In this document: one piece after another, positions 49,794 through 61,935 of the stretch
How positions within the stretch are numbered: position 1 is the first letter of the stretch
How the letters are laid out: each line of letters opens with the position of its first letter
Assembly (NCBI GenBank): GCA_008632985.1
Contig: QPGO01000035.1
Location: forward strand, 297,899-361,898
DNA: 64,000 nucleotides
Direction: 5' to 3'
Origin: Psammoneis japonica
Lineage: Eukaryota
Position numbers and translations under genes: made by a program
The notes under the pieces: generated by a model
Told to the model about the DNA's origin: nothing
What the model saw: only the letters and a program-made list of their open reading frames with translations
Database searches by the model: none

Positions 49794-51686
49794 TCAGAGG
49801 TACTTCTCCAGTGGATCAAAAAAATTCCTGGGAGGAGGTCTGCGCCTCGTCGTTGACTTTTCCAAGACGGATCCAATTCGAATCAGCTTGTGCTCTGTCC
49901 ACGCATCTCCTAGGATTTGAAAACCAATTGGAAGTCCAGTCGCCTCTTCGTATCCAACAGGAACAACCAATCCTGGCAACCCCAACAGGTTAGCGAGAGG
50001 CACAAAACGCATCGTCTTGTACACCAAGGCGTTGTCCGACTCTCCGTATCCACGATAACCCGGTTTTGGTTTCGGCACTCTATTACCAAGCATTGGTGAC
50101 ACGATTGCATCTAACTTCTGTCCACGGAAAAGATCCCGTAATATTCGCATGCCATATGTTCGGAGCTTTTCTGCCGCCAAGACCTCTACAGCAGTTACAA
50201 TTCGTCCCAAGGCAACTGTGATTGCTGTACTTGCCTCCAAATTGTAATCTGGGTTGAAAAAGGGGGCTTCCCACGATATGCCAAACTCTGTCAAAGTCTT
50301 GGCGGCGTGACTCATATGCAATTCGCGCAAATGAGGAATGGTGATATTCACAATCTCCGCACCTTGGCTTTCCAAATAGCGCACCGCTTCTAAACACGCC
50401 TCGTAAATTTCTGAGTCGGTATGTTGAAAGTGATCCCAATAGACACCCAAACGTGTGCCCTTCAGATTGCTTGCTCCAACAGGAACTGTTTCATTTTGAT
50501 TCTGAATAGCAACCGTGTCCAAATGGGGTGGTGGCAAGTACGCCTCGCCAATTAGCGTTGCAGCAAAACTTTCTGGTTGAATCTGTCCCAATAAGAGATG
50601 GCTCAAGGCGATATCCGTCATGGTTGCCGCCAGTGGACCAGCCTTGGCCATGGTGGATCCCGCGCTCTCCTTATACGCTACACGTCCAAAGGTCGTCGCC
50701 AATCCCAACGTTCCCGACATGCTTGCTGGTACTCTAACCGACCCACCACCATCCCATCCAAGTGCCATGGGAACAAGCCCAGTGGCAACGGCCACAGCAG
50801 AACCACTTGAACTTCCGCCTGGATAATAATCCTCATCGAATGGATTAAAGGGACCGTCAAACGCGACACAGTATCCGAGAGGCGACATACCGCCTTCGAC
50901 CATGGTAGTCATCCCAATAATTATTGCCCCTGCTTGTCGAAAGATCTGGGCCGGGTAGTCATCTTGATCAATGTCCTCTCTACACTGCGAAGATCCGCGA
51001 CACATTGGAAAACCGCGAACTGGTGATTGGTCCTTGATGGCAACAGGCACGCCATCCCATACGGACAGCGGTTGCCCTTTTTTCCATCGTTGATCCGAGA
51101 GTTTTGCTTGCTCACGAATGTTGTCAGGCAAAAAGGAAGCAAACATGTGCAAATGCTCCAATCGCTGCGCTCCCTCCATGATTTGTTCCATAACTTGAGA
51201 AGGAGTTGCCTTGCCGGATTGGTAGACATGATGATAGTCCATGATGCTTCGATAGTTCGACAATTTCGGTTCAATCTCGAGTCCCTCTTGAAGAAAGCGG
51301 CTGTGTTTTTCAGCCATTTCTCGCGCGCGCTCCATGTCTGTTGTGTTTGTCACACGGTGGGCTGGATGATGGGTCGGAGGCAACGACTTGCAGGCGGGTG
51401 ATGCCGCCAATTCTCGAATCAAATGAAATCCATTCTTGTTGAGCAGTGAACGAAGAACAAAGGGACTTAAAAACGATCGAGCAAAAAGCCAGCTGGCGAA
51501 ACGGAGTTGCGGACCTGACACTGCCGGAGCCTTGACATCCACAAGGTTGTAGGATGTGTCAAGGTCCGAATCATCGAGTTGTCGAATCGGGATTTCTTGC
51601 AAGATTTGAAACAGAGGGACGACAAGAGATAGCATAACGACGCCGAACCACATGCGGGTGTTCCATACGGCCTTTGGAGGAGCCAT
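49794..51686 (-). CDS. FAAH: Fatty acid amide hydrolase-like amidase
   Basis: Amidase signature DGVPVAIKD, PGGSSSGSAVAVA and GWDGGGSVRVPAS. N-terminal TM segment. Intact 630-aa ORF. Confidence 0.88.
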   Translation of the reverse strand: MAPPKAVWNTRMWFGVVMLSLVVPLFQILQEIPIRQLDDSDLDTSYNLVDVKAPAVSGPQLRFASWLFARSFLSPFVLRSLLNKNGFHLIRELAASPACKSLPPTHHPAHRVTNTTDMERAREMAEKHSRFLQEGLEIEPKLSNYRSIMDYHHVYQSGKATPSQVMEQIMEGAQRLEHLHMFASFLPDNIREQAKLSDQRWKKGQPLSVWDGVPVAIKDQSPVRGFPMCRGSSQCREDIDQDDYPAQIFRQAGAIIIGMTTMVEGGMSPLGYCVAFDGPFNPFDEDYYPGGSSSGSAVAVATGLVPMALGWDGGGSVRVPASMSGTLGLATTFGRVAYKESAGSTMAKAGPLAATMTDIALSHLLLGQIQPESFAATLIGEAYLPPPHLDTVAIQNQNETVPVGASNLKGTRLGVYWDHFQHTDSEIYEACLEAVRYLESQGAEIVNITIPHLRELHMSHAAKTLTEFGISWEAPFFNPDYNLEASTAITVALGRIVTAVEVLAAEKLRTYGMRILRDLFRGQKLDAIVSPMLGNRVPKPKPGYRGYGESDNALVYKTMRFVPLANLLGLPGLVVPVGYEEATGLPIGFQILGDAWTEHKLIRIGSVLEKSTTRRRPPPRNFFDPLEKYL

Positions 51687-54543
51687 GTTGTTTATGATAT
51701 ACCGCCAGTTTCTTTTAAAAAAATGTGTGAATCTAGGGCCCTACTGCTTTTGCGGCTCTGCTCACATGGCCTTCACCTCTGCCCGATTGACTTCACTTGT
51801 CTCGATGAGCTTGACAGCTTGACTTTGACTTGGCCGAAGAGCGAAGAGCGAAGAGCGATTGACGAGAATTTGAAGATATAGCATTTCAAACTTGAGGGGA
51901 ACAAGAGAAAGATACACACGTACGACGTTCAGACGTCGATTGAGGCGGGTCGCGCTCTTACGCACGACGCACGCACGCTATCATAGACTCTAGCTACACT
52001 CCGTGAAAGTTCTATGTTCTATGTGAGAGTTGCATTATAGCTCGAATAATTCGACTAAATATTTTTGTTTTTTGCTTGTCCGTCATCCGCGTTCTCCGTG
52101 CTTTTTGTGTGGGGAAAAAAAGCCGTCGACCATGATGAATGTACTGTTCCGAGGTCGTCAATGTTGAAAATTGAGGAGAAATCGGGTTATAATAGTCTCT
52201 CTTACCCCCAATAGAAGGACACTAAGTGGCGATTCCTCCTCAAAGTCTCGATTTGAGTGATGTTTTTTGCATTTCACTGACTCACCTACATTCGCCTGTT
52301 GCCGTTGCCGCCGACAGAGTGCGAATGTACCCAAGACGTCATCAGCAGAGGTACATGCCACCATTGACTCCTTTATTACCATGAGGGGTCAATGGTCAAT
52401 GGTAATAACTATTGGTGGTTGGAATAAACAACAAAATTTTTCAAGTGCTTGAGATGCCGGAAGCTGTTGGAATGGAGATTTTTGACGGATCGGGCTCATC
52501 CGACCAAACTAATATAAGAAGTTCTTTAATTGATGTTGTAACTATTATCATTCCATTATTGATGCATCACATACCTAAGCTAGTCATCTAGGGCTCTCAT
52601 GCTGGTTTATCTAAGAAAACAGTGACAGCTACTGCAAGGAGAAGCTCCTCAAACGTTTGGTTTGAGCCACGAAACGCACTCTCTAGGTTTCGCTACGCCT
52701 ACGATGCAGTAGGGGAACCAACACCTTGCCAAAGCATTTGAACCCATCACCTAAACTAGTAAGACAATTAGAAGCACCAAGACTTCTCAGTGGGTAGCTG
52801 TCTTAATGAATGTGTTGCCCCAGCACTCGTTGCGCACTTCGACATCTTCAGATTGGGTCTGGGCTCGATGGAAGAGCTAAATGCAACCTAATATACAGCC
52901 AATTCTACAATTGATGCTTGAGTATTTCGATAGAACTATATATAGTGCGAAAAGACTATGCTTTGGAGCTTATCTAGCCTTGACGATGGTCGTCTCTGTC
53001 CGAGTGTGTCTTTCCAGCCACCACGTAAACATCCGAGTCTGATCCACTTCTGCGAGATGACAGTGCCCTTTTGATCTGTTTCTTTCTATTAAGAAAGACC
53101 TGAAAGTATCAAAGACGCCATATCGAACTCGAAAACGATAGAGTCTCTTAGAACAACAACTGTTGGTGTGATACTACCGGCCCTCGAATGACTCAAGGTT
53201 CTGACGTGCCAAAAAATGAACGAAAGATACTCCCTTCGGCCTGTAGAACTCTTCTGATTCTTTTTCTTTATGAAACAAGAGGCTAGAAAGCTCCATCCTA
53301 ACAGTAAAGAAGTCGAAAACAAACGATTTTGTGAGAAAAACAGAAGAAAATGTTATAAGGCTTGCCTTCGAGTGCTCACCTCACAACACATGTTCCGGCA
53401 TCTGACTCATGAGATCAGAAGCATCAAAAGGGATGCTCTCGTCCATATTTCACGACGCTTCTCTTCAGAACTAATTCGAAAGATCAATCGGGCACAAATC
53501 CATTGAATCATTGAAGTTTGGGCAACTAGAACTACTATCTAGATGCAACTTCGACTTGTGACAAGGGGGATTTTGCACGGGTCCTCCAGGTTTGCAAGCC
53601 GGAAACAAGATGTTTTTGACTGTTTTCAACCAAAATAGTTACATGTTTCAATGAAGGAAAGGAAATATGGTAGTTATATAATGTCCCGTCGAGAATAAAC
53701 TTACTGCTTACCGCCAGAATCGATGCGTATTCATCATGGTCGCCCACCAAAAAACTCCTTCGGCTCCTTGCGCAAAATTTTGGAGAGTGATGACGTCATG
53801 GGGCGACGTGATTTACACAGTGTCGTGGTACAAAATATACGTGTGACGTCAACATACCAGGCCTACGGCTATAATGCACCTCTTTCACGGAGTGGCTAGC
53901 GCTACTCTAGGGAGTAGAGCTAGGAGCTAGAGAGTAGACTTCTCTGCTGGGAAATTATCGAATACAAGGGCATTCTTATGTCGTAGTGGATGCGTTGTGT
54001 CTCTCGCTCACTTTAAAAGGTCTGGAGAGGGCTTATTTCTTTTTTTTTTCATGGGCACCCTCTAGCTTTCCTGCCATTTAAGTGAGCGTTTCTGTCACGA
54101 CGCCACACCATTTTTCAAATCATTGTTTGACCGAACGCCGTCGGCTACAAGGCTGAGCTCGAGCCAAAAAGGTAAGATCATGCTAGGTTCACCTGGCAAA
54201 CCGCAACGATTGGTCCGACACCATGCATGACAAACAGGCTACCGTGCGATTCCAGTTAATAGCAGTAGGTAAATCCTATTGTACGTTGAGAGATAGGCCG
54301 CCAACATCTCATCAGCATGTCAGAGCATTTCACTCCCACGCCTGCATGGGTTGCGGAGCTTGAGACGGCTTATGGAGATAGGTAGTCTATTGCACTCAAG
54401 GCACAGATAGCTAACTTATGAAATGACGTTTATCTACATTAAACTTCTACATCATCCGACTCTAGATCGGTTACCGTAGCCTTTTGAACGAGATTCTTTT
54501 TAACTTTGTACCGGGTAACTTGGTGAATGACAGTTGGAACTCG

Positions 54544-55391
54544 TCAAAAGGTATCGCTACGGAGACCTGGTGAATCCGAACCCCTGACTGTGTCGTCTTC
54601 CAGCAGCCCCCCATTGAACAAGTCAAAGTCATTCCCTTCCCCTTGAATTTCACCCAAAATGACGCCCGGAGAGTCAAAGTCCGGATTCGCTTGCTGAACA
54701 GGATATGGATCGCTTGACCGAACTACTGAAGGCTTTTGGATCGGACTGCCCGGTACTGGAAGGTGATAGAACTGGTGCGGGTTTGTGGTAGGAGGTACAT
54801 AGCGTCGTCGTTTTGAAGCGGACGTAATAGTTGCTGGCGTTACCGAAGGAAGATCTCGGGGAGTTGAATAGACCGGTCGGCCTCTCGAAGAAACAAAATC
54901 TGGTTCTGCTGCTACTGCTGCCTGATGGATCTCACGCCAGTCTTCATTGTAGTTCCTACTCCGCTTACCATCTGGCTTTGGACTTGAACTCATGCAAGGA
55001 TCTGACGAAGATCGTCTGTGCTCGTGCGATATAGCTTCCATGCTTTGATCCAGTTGCTCGGGGCTCGCGTTCTTTGGGTTCGTCATTTGTGCCGACACCG
55101 CATCTCGAAGTGCCTGCGAAGCTTTCTCTCTCGCAACGTCGTCTCCAACATCCTCCCATACCTGGGTGATACTGTTTTTCTTCAAGAATCTTCCGGTGGA
55201 TTCATATTTCGAACAATTCGCACGAGATCTCGTGATATATAAGACTTTCCCTTCTTGGTAGACATTCGGTAGTTACTGCACTGACTTCTGGCTAGAGCTC
55301 GTAGCTTTTCATTGCCAATGTGCTGGTTATTCTTTCCTCCGCGCCCCATGAGCACATCGTTGTCGTGCGGTACAATTGGTAAATCATCCAT
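54544..55391 (-). CDS. DUF6824-domain protein (family expanded in diatoms); frameshift near 55190
   Basis: PHDNDVLMGRGGKNNQHIGN...WEDVGDDVAREKASQALRD, followed by a low-complexity tail. Confidence 0.82.
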
Positions 55392-56716
55392 TGTTTTGAC
55401 TGTTGATCAAATTCAAACGATTGCCAATCGCGCCGTGAGGTCATTTCAGTATTAAAAGACGCGACCACGGCAAAGCTATCAATAGAGTGGAATGACTCTT
55501 GATGTGCTTCACTTACTACTCTTGTGCTCTTCACTTTGTCTGGTGTAAAGAGCACCTCAATACAGCATTCCGTCGTTGGCTTTCTCCTCCTGATGATGAA
55601 TCGACGGGACGAAACGTTCATGTGCATCGGTCAGGATGACATTCGTGCAACGAAAAATTTTGTGAGAAGTCTCCCGGAAATTCTTCGCGGTTGGTGGTCG
55701 ACGATATCATTTAACTTGTGTTCAGACACGAATAAATTGGTCATTACAAAATATTCGCACATACAAAAGCTAACCGTTGGTCATAAATAACTTTGAGTCG
55801 TGAGTTAACATAAAATTCTACAATTATGTTTGTGTCATAACATGTCCATCAAGAATTGAGTCACATGAACATGCTCGCAGGTCACGGAATGACGGGATTT
55901 ACGTGATGTCGACATCGGCCATGGCGTAAGAACGCGACCATGGCGTGACAAACACGCAACTCACAAGGGACAATTGCAGGGAGGCAACGATGAGAGGAGA
56001 TTCAGAAAAATCCCCGCCCTGTTCGCATTGTCAATGTAGGATTTGGCAAAAAATTCACAGGCACTTTTTGACTCGTGCCACGAGTCGAGAACATGTGTAA
56101 CATCATCAACGACTCACGCAGCTCGAGCAACCGGGTATTACACCGCGGATTGGTGAAATGTTGAACATGAGGACAATCAACTCAACAATAATATCATGAA
56201 TGAATTTTTAATGTGAAAGGGAAAAGCAGTTGGTAGCAAAGGTCACTATTGTGCGGGCTCCAACGGGCAAATGCATTGCAATGCGCGCGATCTTCGAGAG
56301 TCGCGATGAAAACGAATGATGCTCACTCACCCCATCAAGCAAGTCAATTCCTTGGAAACACACGCCAGATTCTTCAATACATAGAGAAAAACTGGGGATG
56401 GATGACCGCTATCGACCGCAATAAACAGTTCCCGACAACCCCCAGATCAAGTTGATGAGATCAGTGATCTTTGTGACGCGTATTCTTTGCTCCTTTCGCA
56501 CGCGCGTTTTCCAGTTTTCCAAATGCGCGTTCCTATCCTTTCGCTGCGTCTTTTTGTCTGTCCATGTTGCCGCGTGAGGGAACGACCATGGATCAAAACT
56601 CGCTCTCTACTCTAGAGTAGTAGTAGAGACTGATCTAATGAGCGAAACCTGCGAACGACCCAATAGGTGTAAATTCTGGTGTGATGTAAAACAGTCGCAA
56701 AAAAGAACAACTCATT

Positions 56717-57583
56717 TTATTGCTTACTATCCATCAACACGGGTGCAGCTGCTTTAAAGTAAACACTCCCACTCGTGACTGTCACAACCGCACACGCATA
56801 CAGCATGACTAATCCCGGCGTGTACAAGCTACTCAAAAACGTTGTGCTGCTTTCCGTTGTTGTTGGTTTTGGAAATGGCACTAGCAACAGAACCGTCAGC
56901 GCCACCATGGTGAGTGCGGTTTTGAGTTTTCCTTGAAAGCCCACCTTGACCGCATCCCGTTGTCCCCGTTGAGCCATCCACTCGCGCAGAGCCGACACGG
57001 CAATTTCACGTGCCAAAATAATGGCTGTCGGAATGGCCAACACGGCCCCGTACCGACCCGCCAATAGCACAAGAGACGTGCTCACCATGAGTTTGTCCGC
57101 GACAGGGTCCAAAAAGGCACCAAACGCACTGGTTATGTCCCAGCGACGAGCCAAGTACCCATCGAGCCAATCGGTAAAGGAAGCAAAGGCAAAGAGTGTG
57201 CCAGTAGCTACGTGCTGGTTGGGTTGTTGAAAGAGTACCATAAAGATGGGAATAGCGACGCATCTGAGATACGTGAGATAATTGGGAAGCTTGTGCCATG
57301 GAAGTGACGGGAATGCGCGGCGTAAAATTCCTGGAGGAGTCGCTTTTGAACCCATATAGCCGCTATTGCTAGTGGTACTTGCACTCTCTACATCTACAGG
57401 TGGTGGTGCTTGAGGCGGCGTCTGTGGAGTGCTGTTTGGCAAATTATTGTTTTCACCCCCACCACGCAACGACGTCATGCGCTTCATGCTTGATTTTGGA
57501 GCAAACGAAGCCGCTGCTGAAGACAAAGTAAGCAATAATGCCACTAACAAAAGAGATGATACGAATGCAGTAGTTCCTCTCAT
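56717..57583 (-). CDS. pgsA: CDP-diacylglycerol--glycerol-3-phosphate 3-phosphatidyltransferase with a bipartite presequence
   Basis: LPNYLTYLR, CDP-alcohol phosphotransferase motif TDWLDGYLAR...GAFLDPVADKL, REIAVSALREW and GKLKT. Leader ending AASFAP. Confidence 0.92.
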   Translation of the reverse strand: MRGTTAFVSSLLLVALLLTLSSAAASFAPKSSMKRMTSLRGGGENNNLPNSTPQTPPQAPPPVDVESASTTSNSGYMGSKATPPGILRRAFPSLPWHKLPNYLTYLRCVAIPIFMVLFQQPNQHVATGTLFAFASFTDWLDGYLARRWDITSAFGAFLDPVADKLMVSTSLVLLAGRYGAVLAIPTAIILAREIAVSALREWMAQRGQRDAVKVGFQGKLKTALTMVALTVLLLVPFPKPTTTESSTTFLSSLYTPGLVMLYACAVVTVTSGSVYFKAAAPVLMDSKQ

Positions 57584-57923
57584 AAGGTCTTTTGTTTAGC
57601 AACAAGCAACGTCAACAACAACAACACCGCGGCCGACTTGTCGTTTGTGATTGTGATGTGTGATGTGCGGTGCATGTGTGCGCGATCTTTTTGATTTTTT
57701 GATGTCAACTACTGACGTCACATATGAGATCTTATGTAGAAAGCACGTGCGGATGATCTACGATTAATCTCAGTATGTCACGAGCTCTCCAATAGCGCTC
57801 GAGGTCTCCTCAATCTTCCCAGTTCCATCGGGTTCGGGTCAGGGTCAGCGCCGCAAAATGCTGTTGAAGACGCTGTGAAGGTTCAGCGTTATCAATTCAG
57901 AGTTTGATTGTGTCGATAGAACC

Positions 57924-58643
57924 ATGGATACAGTGTTTGGAATTCAGTACAAGGGAGGAGGTATGTGAGCATACAGAAAATTGATGGATTGACTGGCGTG
58001 TGGAGTTTGCGTTGTGCGAGGTGCTTCTCTTCCTTTCTATGATTTCTTACGCTCTTCGCTCTCTGTTGTAACAGTCGTTCTGGCTGCGGATCAGGGCAAT
58101 GCTCGTTCAATTCTAGTCTATCAAAAGAACTTGGACAAGATTACGGAACTCTCATCTCATTCCGCCATGGGCGTGTCGGGCCCGAACGCCGATTATGTGA
58201 ATTTCACAGAGTACATTGCCAAGAATCTCGCGCTCTACGAGCTGGCACACGACGGCACCAAGCTGTCGACGCATGCGCAAGCCAATTTTTGCCGCAACGA
58301 ATTGGCCGTGGCGTTGCGTAAGGGACCCTATCAAGTCAATGTGCTGTTGGGTGGTTATGACAAAAAGACGGACAGTTCGTCTCTGTACTTTTTGGATTAT
58401 CTCGCGTCTCTTCAAAAGGTACCCTTTGGGTGTCAGGGCTATGCTTCCAACTTTTGTTTGTCAATCATGGATCGCGAGTATGTTGAGGGCATGACGGAAG
58501 AACAAGCCATTACGACGATTCAACACTGTATGGAAGAGCTGAAAAAGCGATTCCTCATTGCGCAGGATAATTTCATCATCAAGGTGGTGGATAAGGATGG
58601 AGTGCGAGTTGTTAGCTGTGATGCAGATCCGGCTGACTCGTAA
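57924..58643 (+). CDS. PSMB2: 20S proteasome subunit beta type-2 (beta4); exons 57924-57960 and 58075-58643
   Basis: MDTVFGIQYKGG|VVLAAD...ALRKGPYQVNVLLGGYD...LYFLDYLASL...ELKKRFLI. Confidence 0.93.
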
Positions 58644-59327
58644 ATAACATAAAAGTAGTTGAGTTTTTTGAGGTCATATTTGAACTTTGAGTTTGCTTCG
58701 TACTGTTACCTTGTGTTTGTTATTTGTTAACTTGTTCCGTTTGTAATGAGTGTCGGTGAAGTGGATTGATACCGGTGTTTGCTCTAGAAGTACAAAGCGA
58801 AGGATTCTTTTGACGATGATAATAGACTTCTGGTACTCTTTCAACTGCTTATCATCGCCTCAAATAAAGTGACATTTTAATTGTCTACTATAGCGTGAAT
58901 TGCAACTACATCTTGTTCAAGCTTGGACACGGTAAAGACCTCGAAATGAGCCTCAATGTAGCGGTGAGTAAACATTGGGTTGGCGTTTACGCGAAATGGA
59001 TGTTGTCATTGGCCAGAATCGTGTCAAAGTCCCCGTGCGAGAAAAATTCACATAATATCCATCTGTTCTGAAAATGGTTGCAAGTCAATATCAAGCCGGG
59101 TTACAGTCAAAAGTCGTGCAGTGGACGCCGTTTTGATCCGCGACCTTCCGACTAGGTAGTGCTATCGACTCCAAGCAATTCTGAAGCCCGAAAACCCGCT
59201 TCAATTGAATAGACAGGAACAACCTCTACCAGGCAAGGAAGCTTCAGCAAAAGATCATAATGTTGATGGTGATGATCCACCGACAGCACTTGACAACCCG
59301 ATTGTTTTGCCTACAAGAAAGTTTACT

Positions 59328-59766
59328 GGACGCTTCCAGCTTCGTTTCGGAAGCTTCTTGAAGATAATGTGCGTGCAATGCTGTTTGGGCGACCTGTCAA
59401 GAAGATTTCTCAGTCCCAAGGCGTTTGCCACTCCTGCCCGTACAAGAAGCTACCAGGACGATGCATCGGCTCGTCCAACAAACTCAAATGGCAGTAACGC
59501 GACCTATGAATCCTTGGTGGTAGGAAGTACCACATCATCAAGGTCTTCATTTTCTACTTCACAAGAGGCGGAAAAAGAACGATTGCCAAACGTTTTCGAT
59601 GAAGTATTCCTACGGTAATCCGATGAATTGGAGCCATTGCGATTCTCAACGGGAGAAGATATTGATGACGCTCTTCTTCTCATGAAGGACGTAAGTGATT
59701 CGACGGACGCTAAACGAGTGCGCGTTGGTGACATGCCTCGTCAGGAGCCCACTGAAATCGACTAAG
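59328..59766 (+). CDS. Possible small Ser-rich hypothetical protein with a likely frameshift near 59615
   Basis: ORF MCVQCCLGDLSRRFLSPK... with coding-like composition continuing past the stop. No recognisable domain. Confidence 0.3.
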
Positions 59767-60478
59767 ACCTGCATGCGAAGAATCGAAAAAGAAGCAGATC
59801 AAGGAATCAAATCGTAAAGGCCGGTGAAATTCGTCTTTGGTCAATTTGTACAAAGAGCGTTCACAGAACAAATTCAAAATAGCAATACGGAAAGACAACA
59901 GAACTGATATGATGAAATATGCCGCACAGGTCACGTACCTGGATACTCTTTTACTCGCACGGTAGAGAGACAAAGCACGTACTCGCATCCCTTCCCAATC
60001 TTTCTTGGTAACATGACGTCTCTCTGCGGCATAAGAATAACACATGCCTCTCGTTGCCCGCTTCAGTAAGGGAAATGCGTTCAACTTCGTGTACTCCAGT
60101 AAGTTAAGTCGGATTTGTGATTGGTGTGCAGACCCCGAGGGCTTGTCCAGAATGAACCGCGGAGGCCTCCTGAAGCTTCTTCTACTGTTCCCTTATTCAT
60201 AATATTCTGAATCATCAATTTGGCCCTATGACGGTTGGCAAAGGCCCTCACAGGCGCTTGGACTAACCAATCGAATACGCCCGACATATCTTCCATTGCG
60301 CATCTTGTCTTCAGGCCAGTTTCGGTCGAGTTGTTTCGGTGCTGGAATTTGCTAGAGAAGAGGAGGACTTTGGAAAGTCTTCAAGTAATTGTCGTTACCC
60401 AAAAATGCAACAATGCGTGCATGTCTGCTGTAGCTTGAATTGCTGGTACCTTATGTTATCGTTCTGAGGTAATTCTTC

Positions 60479-61702
60479 TCAAACAAAGAAACGAAGCAAC
60501 CAAAGAAGTGTAACGCCGGTGATCCACAATGTGCTCCCTTGCAACGGATTTGCGATTCCACTTGGAGGACTGGACGGGTTTGGTGTAGGTCCAGCAGAAG
60601 CGCCTTCATCAATGACACAAAAGCGTTCCGCAATGACTGCGCCACCAGCCTTTTGGCATTGAGAAACCGTGTTGCTGGTGTAGCAAGTATCACCATAACA
60701 TGTTGGACCCACAACCTTGTTGTTGCTGCCCAAAAAGACACAAAAATGACCTGCAATGTCTGTGCCTCCTGCAGAATTGCAATCTTGAGTAGTTTGACCC
60801 GTATAACAAGTGCTGCCCCAGCACGTGGGTCCAGCCATGGCAGCCTCTCCCTCCAAAACACAAAACGTGCTTCCAACGTTTATTCCTCCAAGAGAATTGC
60901 AGGCAGAAGCCGTGGCTCCGGTGTAGCAAGTGCCGCCGTAGCAAGTTGGTCCGACACTTGTAAACTTTTCTTTTCCAGACACAACGCAAAAGACGTCGCC
61001 AATATTGACACCGTTCAGTGACGAGCACATGGATTGCGTTTCACCAACGTAGCAAGTGGTTCCAGAACAAAAGGGCCCCAAAACAGAATAATCTGTGCCT
61101 TCCAGGACGCAAAAGTAGTCTCCAATGTTGGTACCACCCAGCTGCTGACAAGCGTTGTTTGTTGCGCCAGTATAGCACGTACTACCAAAGCATGTTGGAC
61201 CGACGACTGTGTGCTTCTTGTCCAAGACGCAGAACCGATCGCCAATGTTGGAACCTCCAAGTGAAGTGCAAGCTGATGCAGTGGCACCCGTCAGACAGGT
61301 TCCACCAAAGCATGTGGGTCCTACGACAGTGTATTCGGTCCCATCAAGGATACAAAAGCGTGAGCCAACGTTTTCTCCCTCCAACGCAGTACACACCGAT
61401 TCTGTGACCCCGTAAAGCACTCATCCTTCCAACAAGTGGGACCAACAATTGTCTTATTGGAAAAGTAGCACATTTGTACATTGGAAAACGAGATGCCTCC
61501 CATCTTCACAGTTTGTCACTACGTCATAGCAAGCCCCATCGTAACAAAATGGCCCATCTGCCAAGAAGTCAGAACTTGGCCAGCTCCACCCTCCGCGGCG
61601 TACTTCAAATTGTCGTGCACGACTGTAGAATTCTGGCGGTTGGGCCTCAAAGGATGGATAACCCCAACGAGCCACTTCATCGTCGTCGGTGATGTTGCTC
61701 AT
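60479..61702 (-). CDS. Cys-rich tandem-repeat surface protein (~8 x 41 aa) with a hydrophobic C-terminus; frameshifts near 61415 and 61500
   Basis: Repeat consensus VGPTCxGxTCYTGxTxxxCxxLGGxNIGxxFCV, a Pro/Ser linker and tail LWITGVTLLWLLRFFV. The start codon is uncertain. Confidence 0.78.
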
Positions 61703-61935
61703 GGTTTACACCTGCGGCCACTTGTTTGATCTTACCGGTACTTTAGAAGCTTAGAAGATATATCATATAAAAGATCTGAGATCGAGATCGATGCGCACGC
61801 ACATGCGCGAAAAGATCCATGAACGCAAGATCGTGAATGCTGCAATCATTCTGCGGGGAATTTGGAGTCTGCAGCTGCCACTCTACTAGAGAGTGGAGCT
61901 CTAGAGCTCTGGCTCTAGAGAGAGAGTACGAATAG

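Noticed and set aside
51700..54450. Long gene-free interval with short ORFs
   Set aside because: No recognisable protein motifs, RNA gene structure, terminal repeats or TpA depletion; left unannotated.
56070..56086. Palindrome GACTCGTG-C-CACGAGTC and nearby TGA(G/C)TC words upstream of the DUF6824 gene
   Set aside because: An 8-bp arm can occur by chance in 64 kb, and there is no independent support for function.
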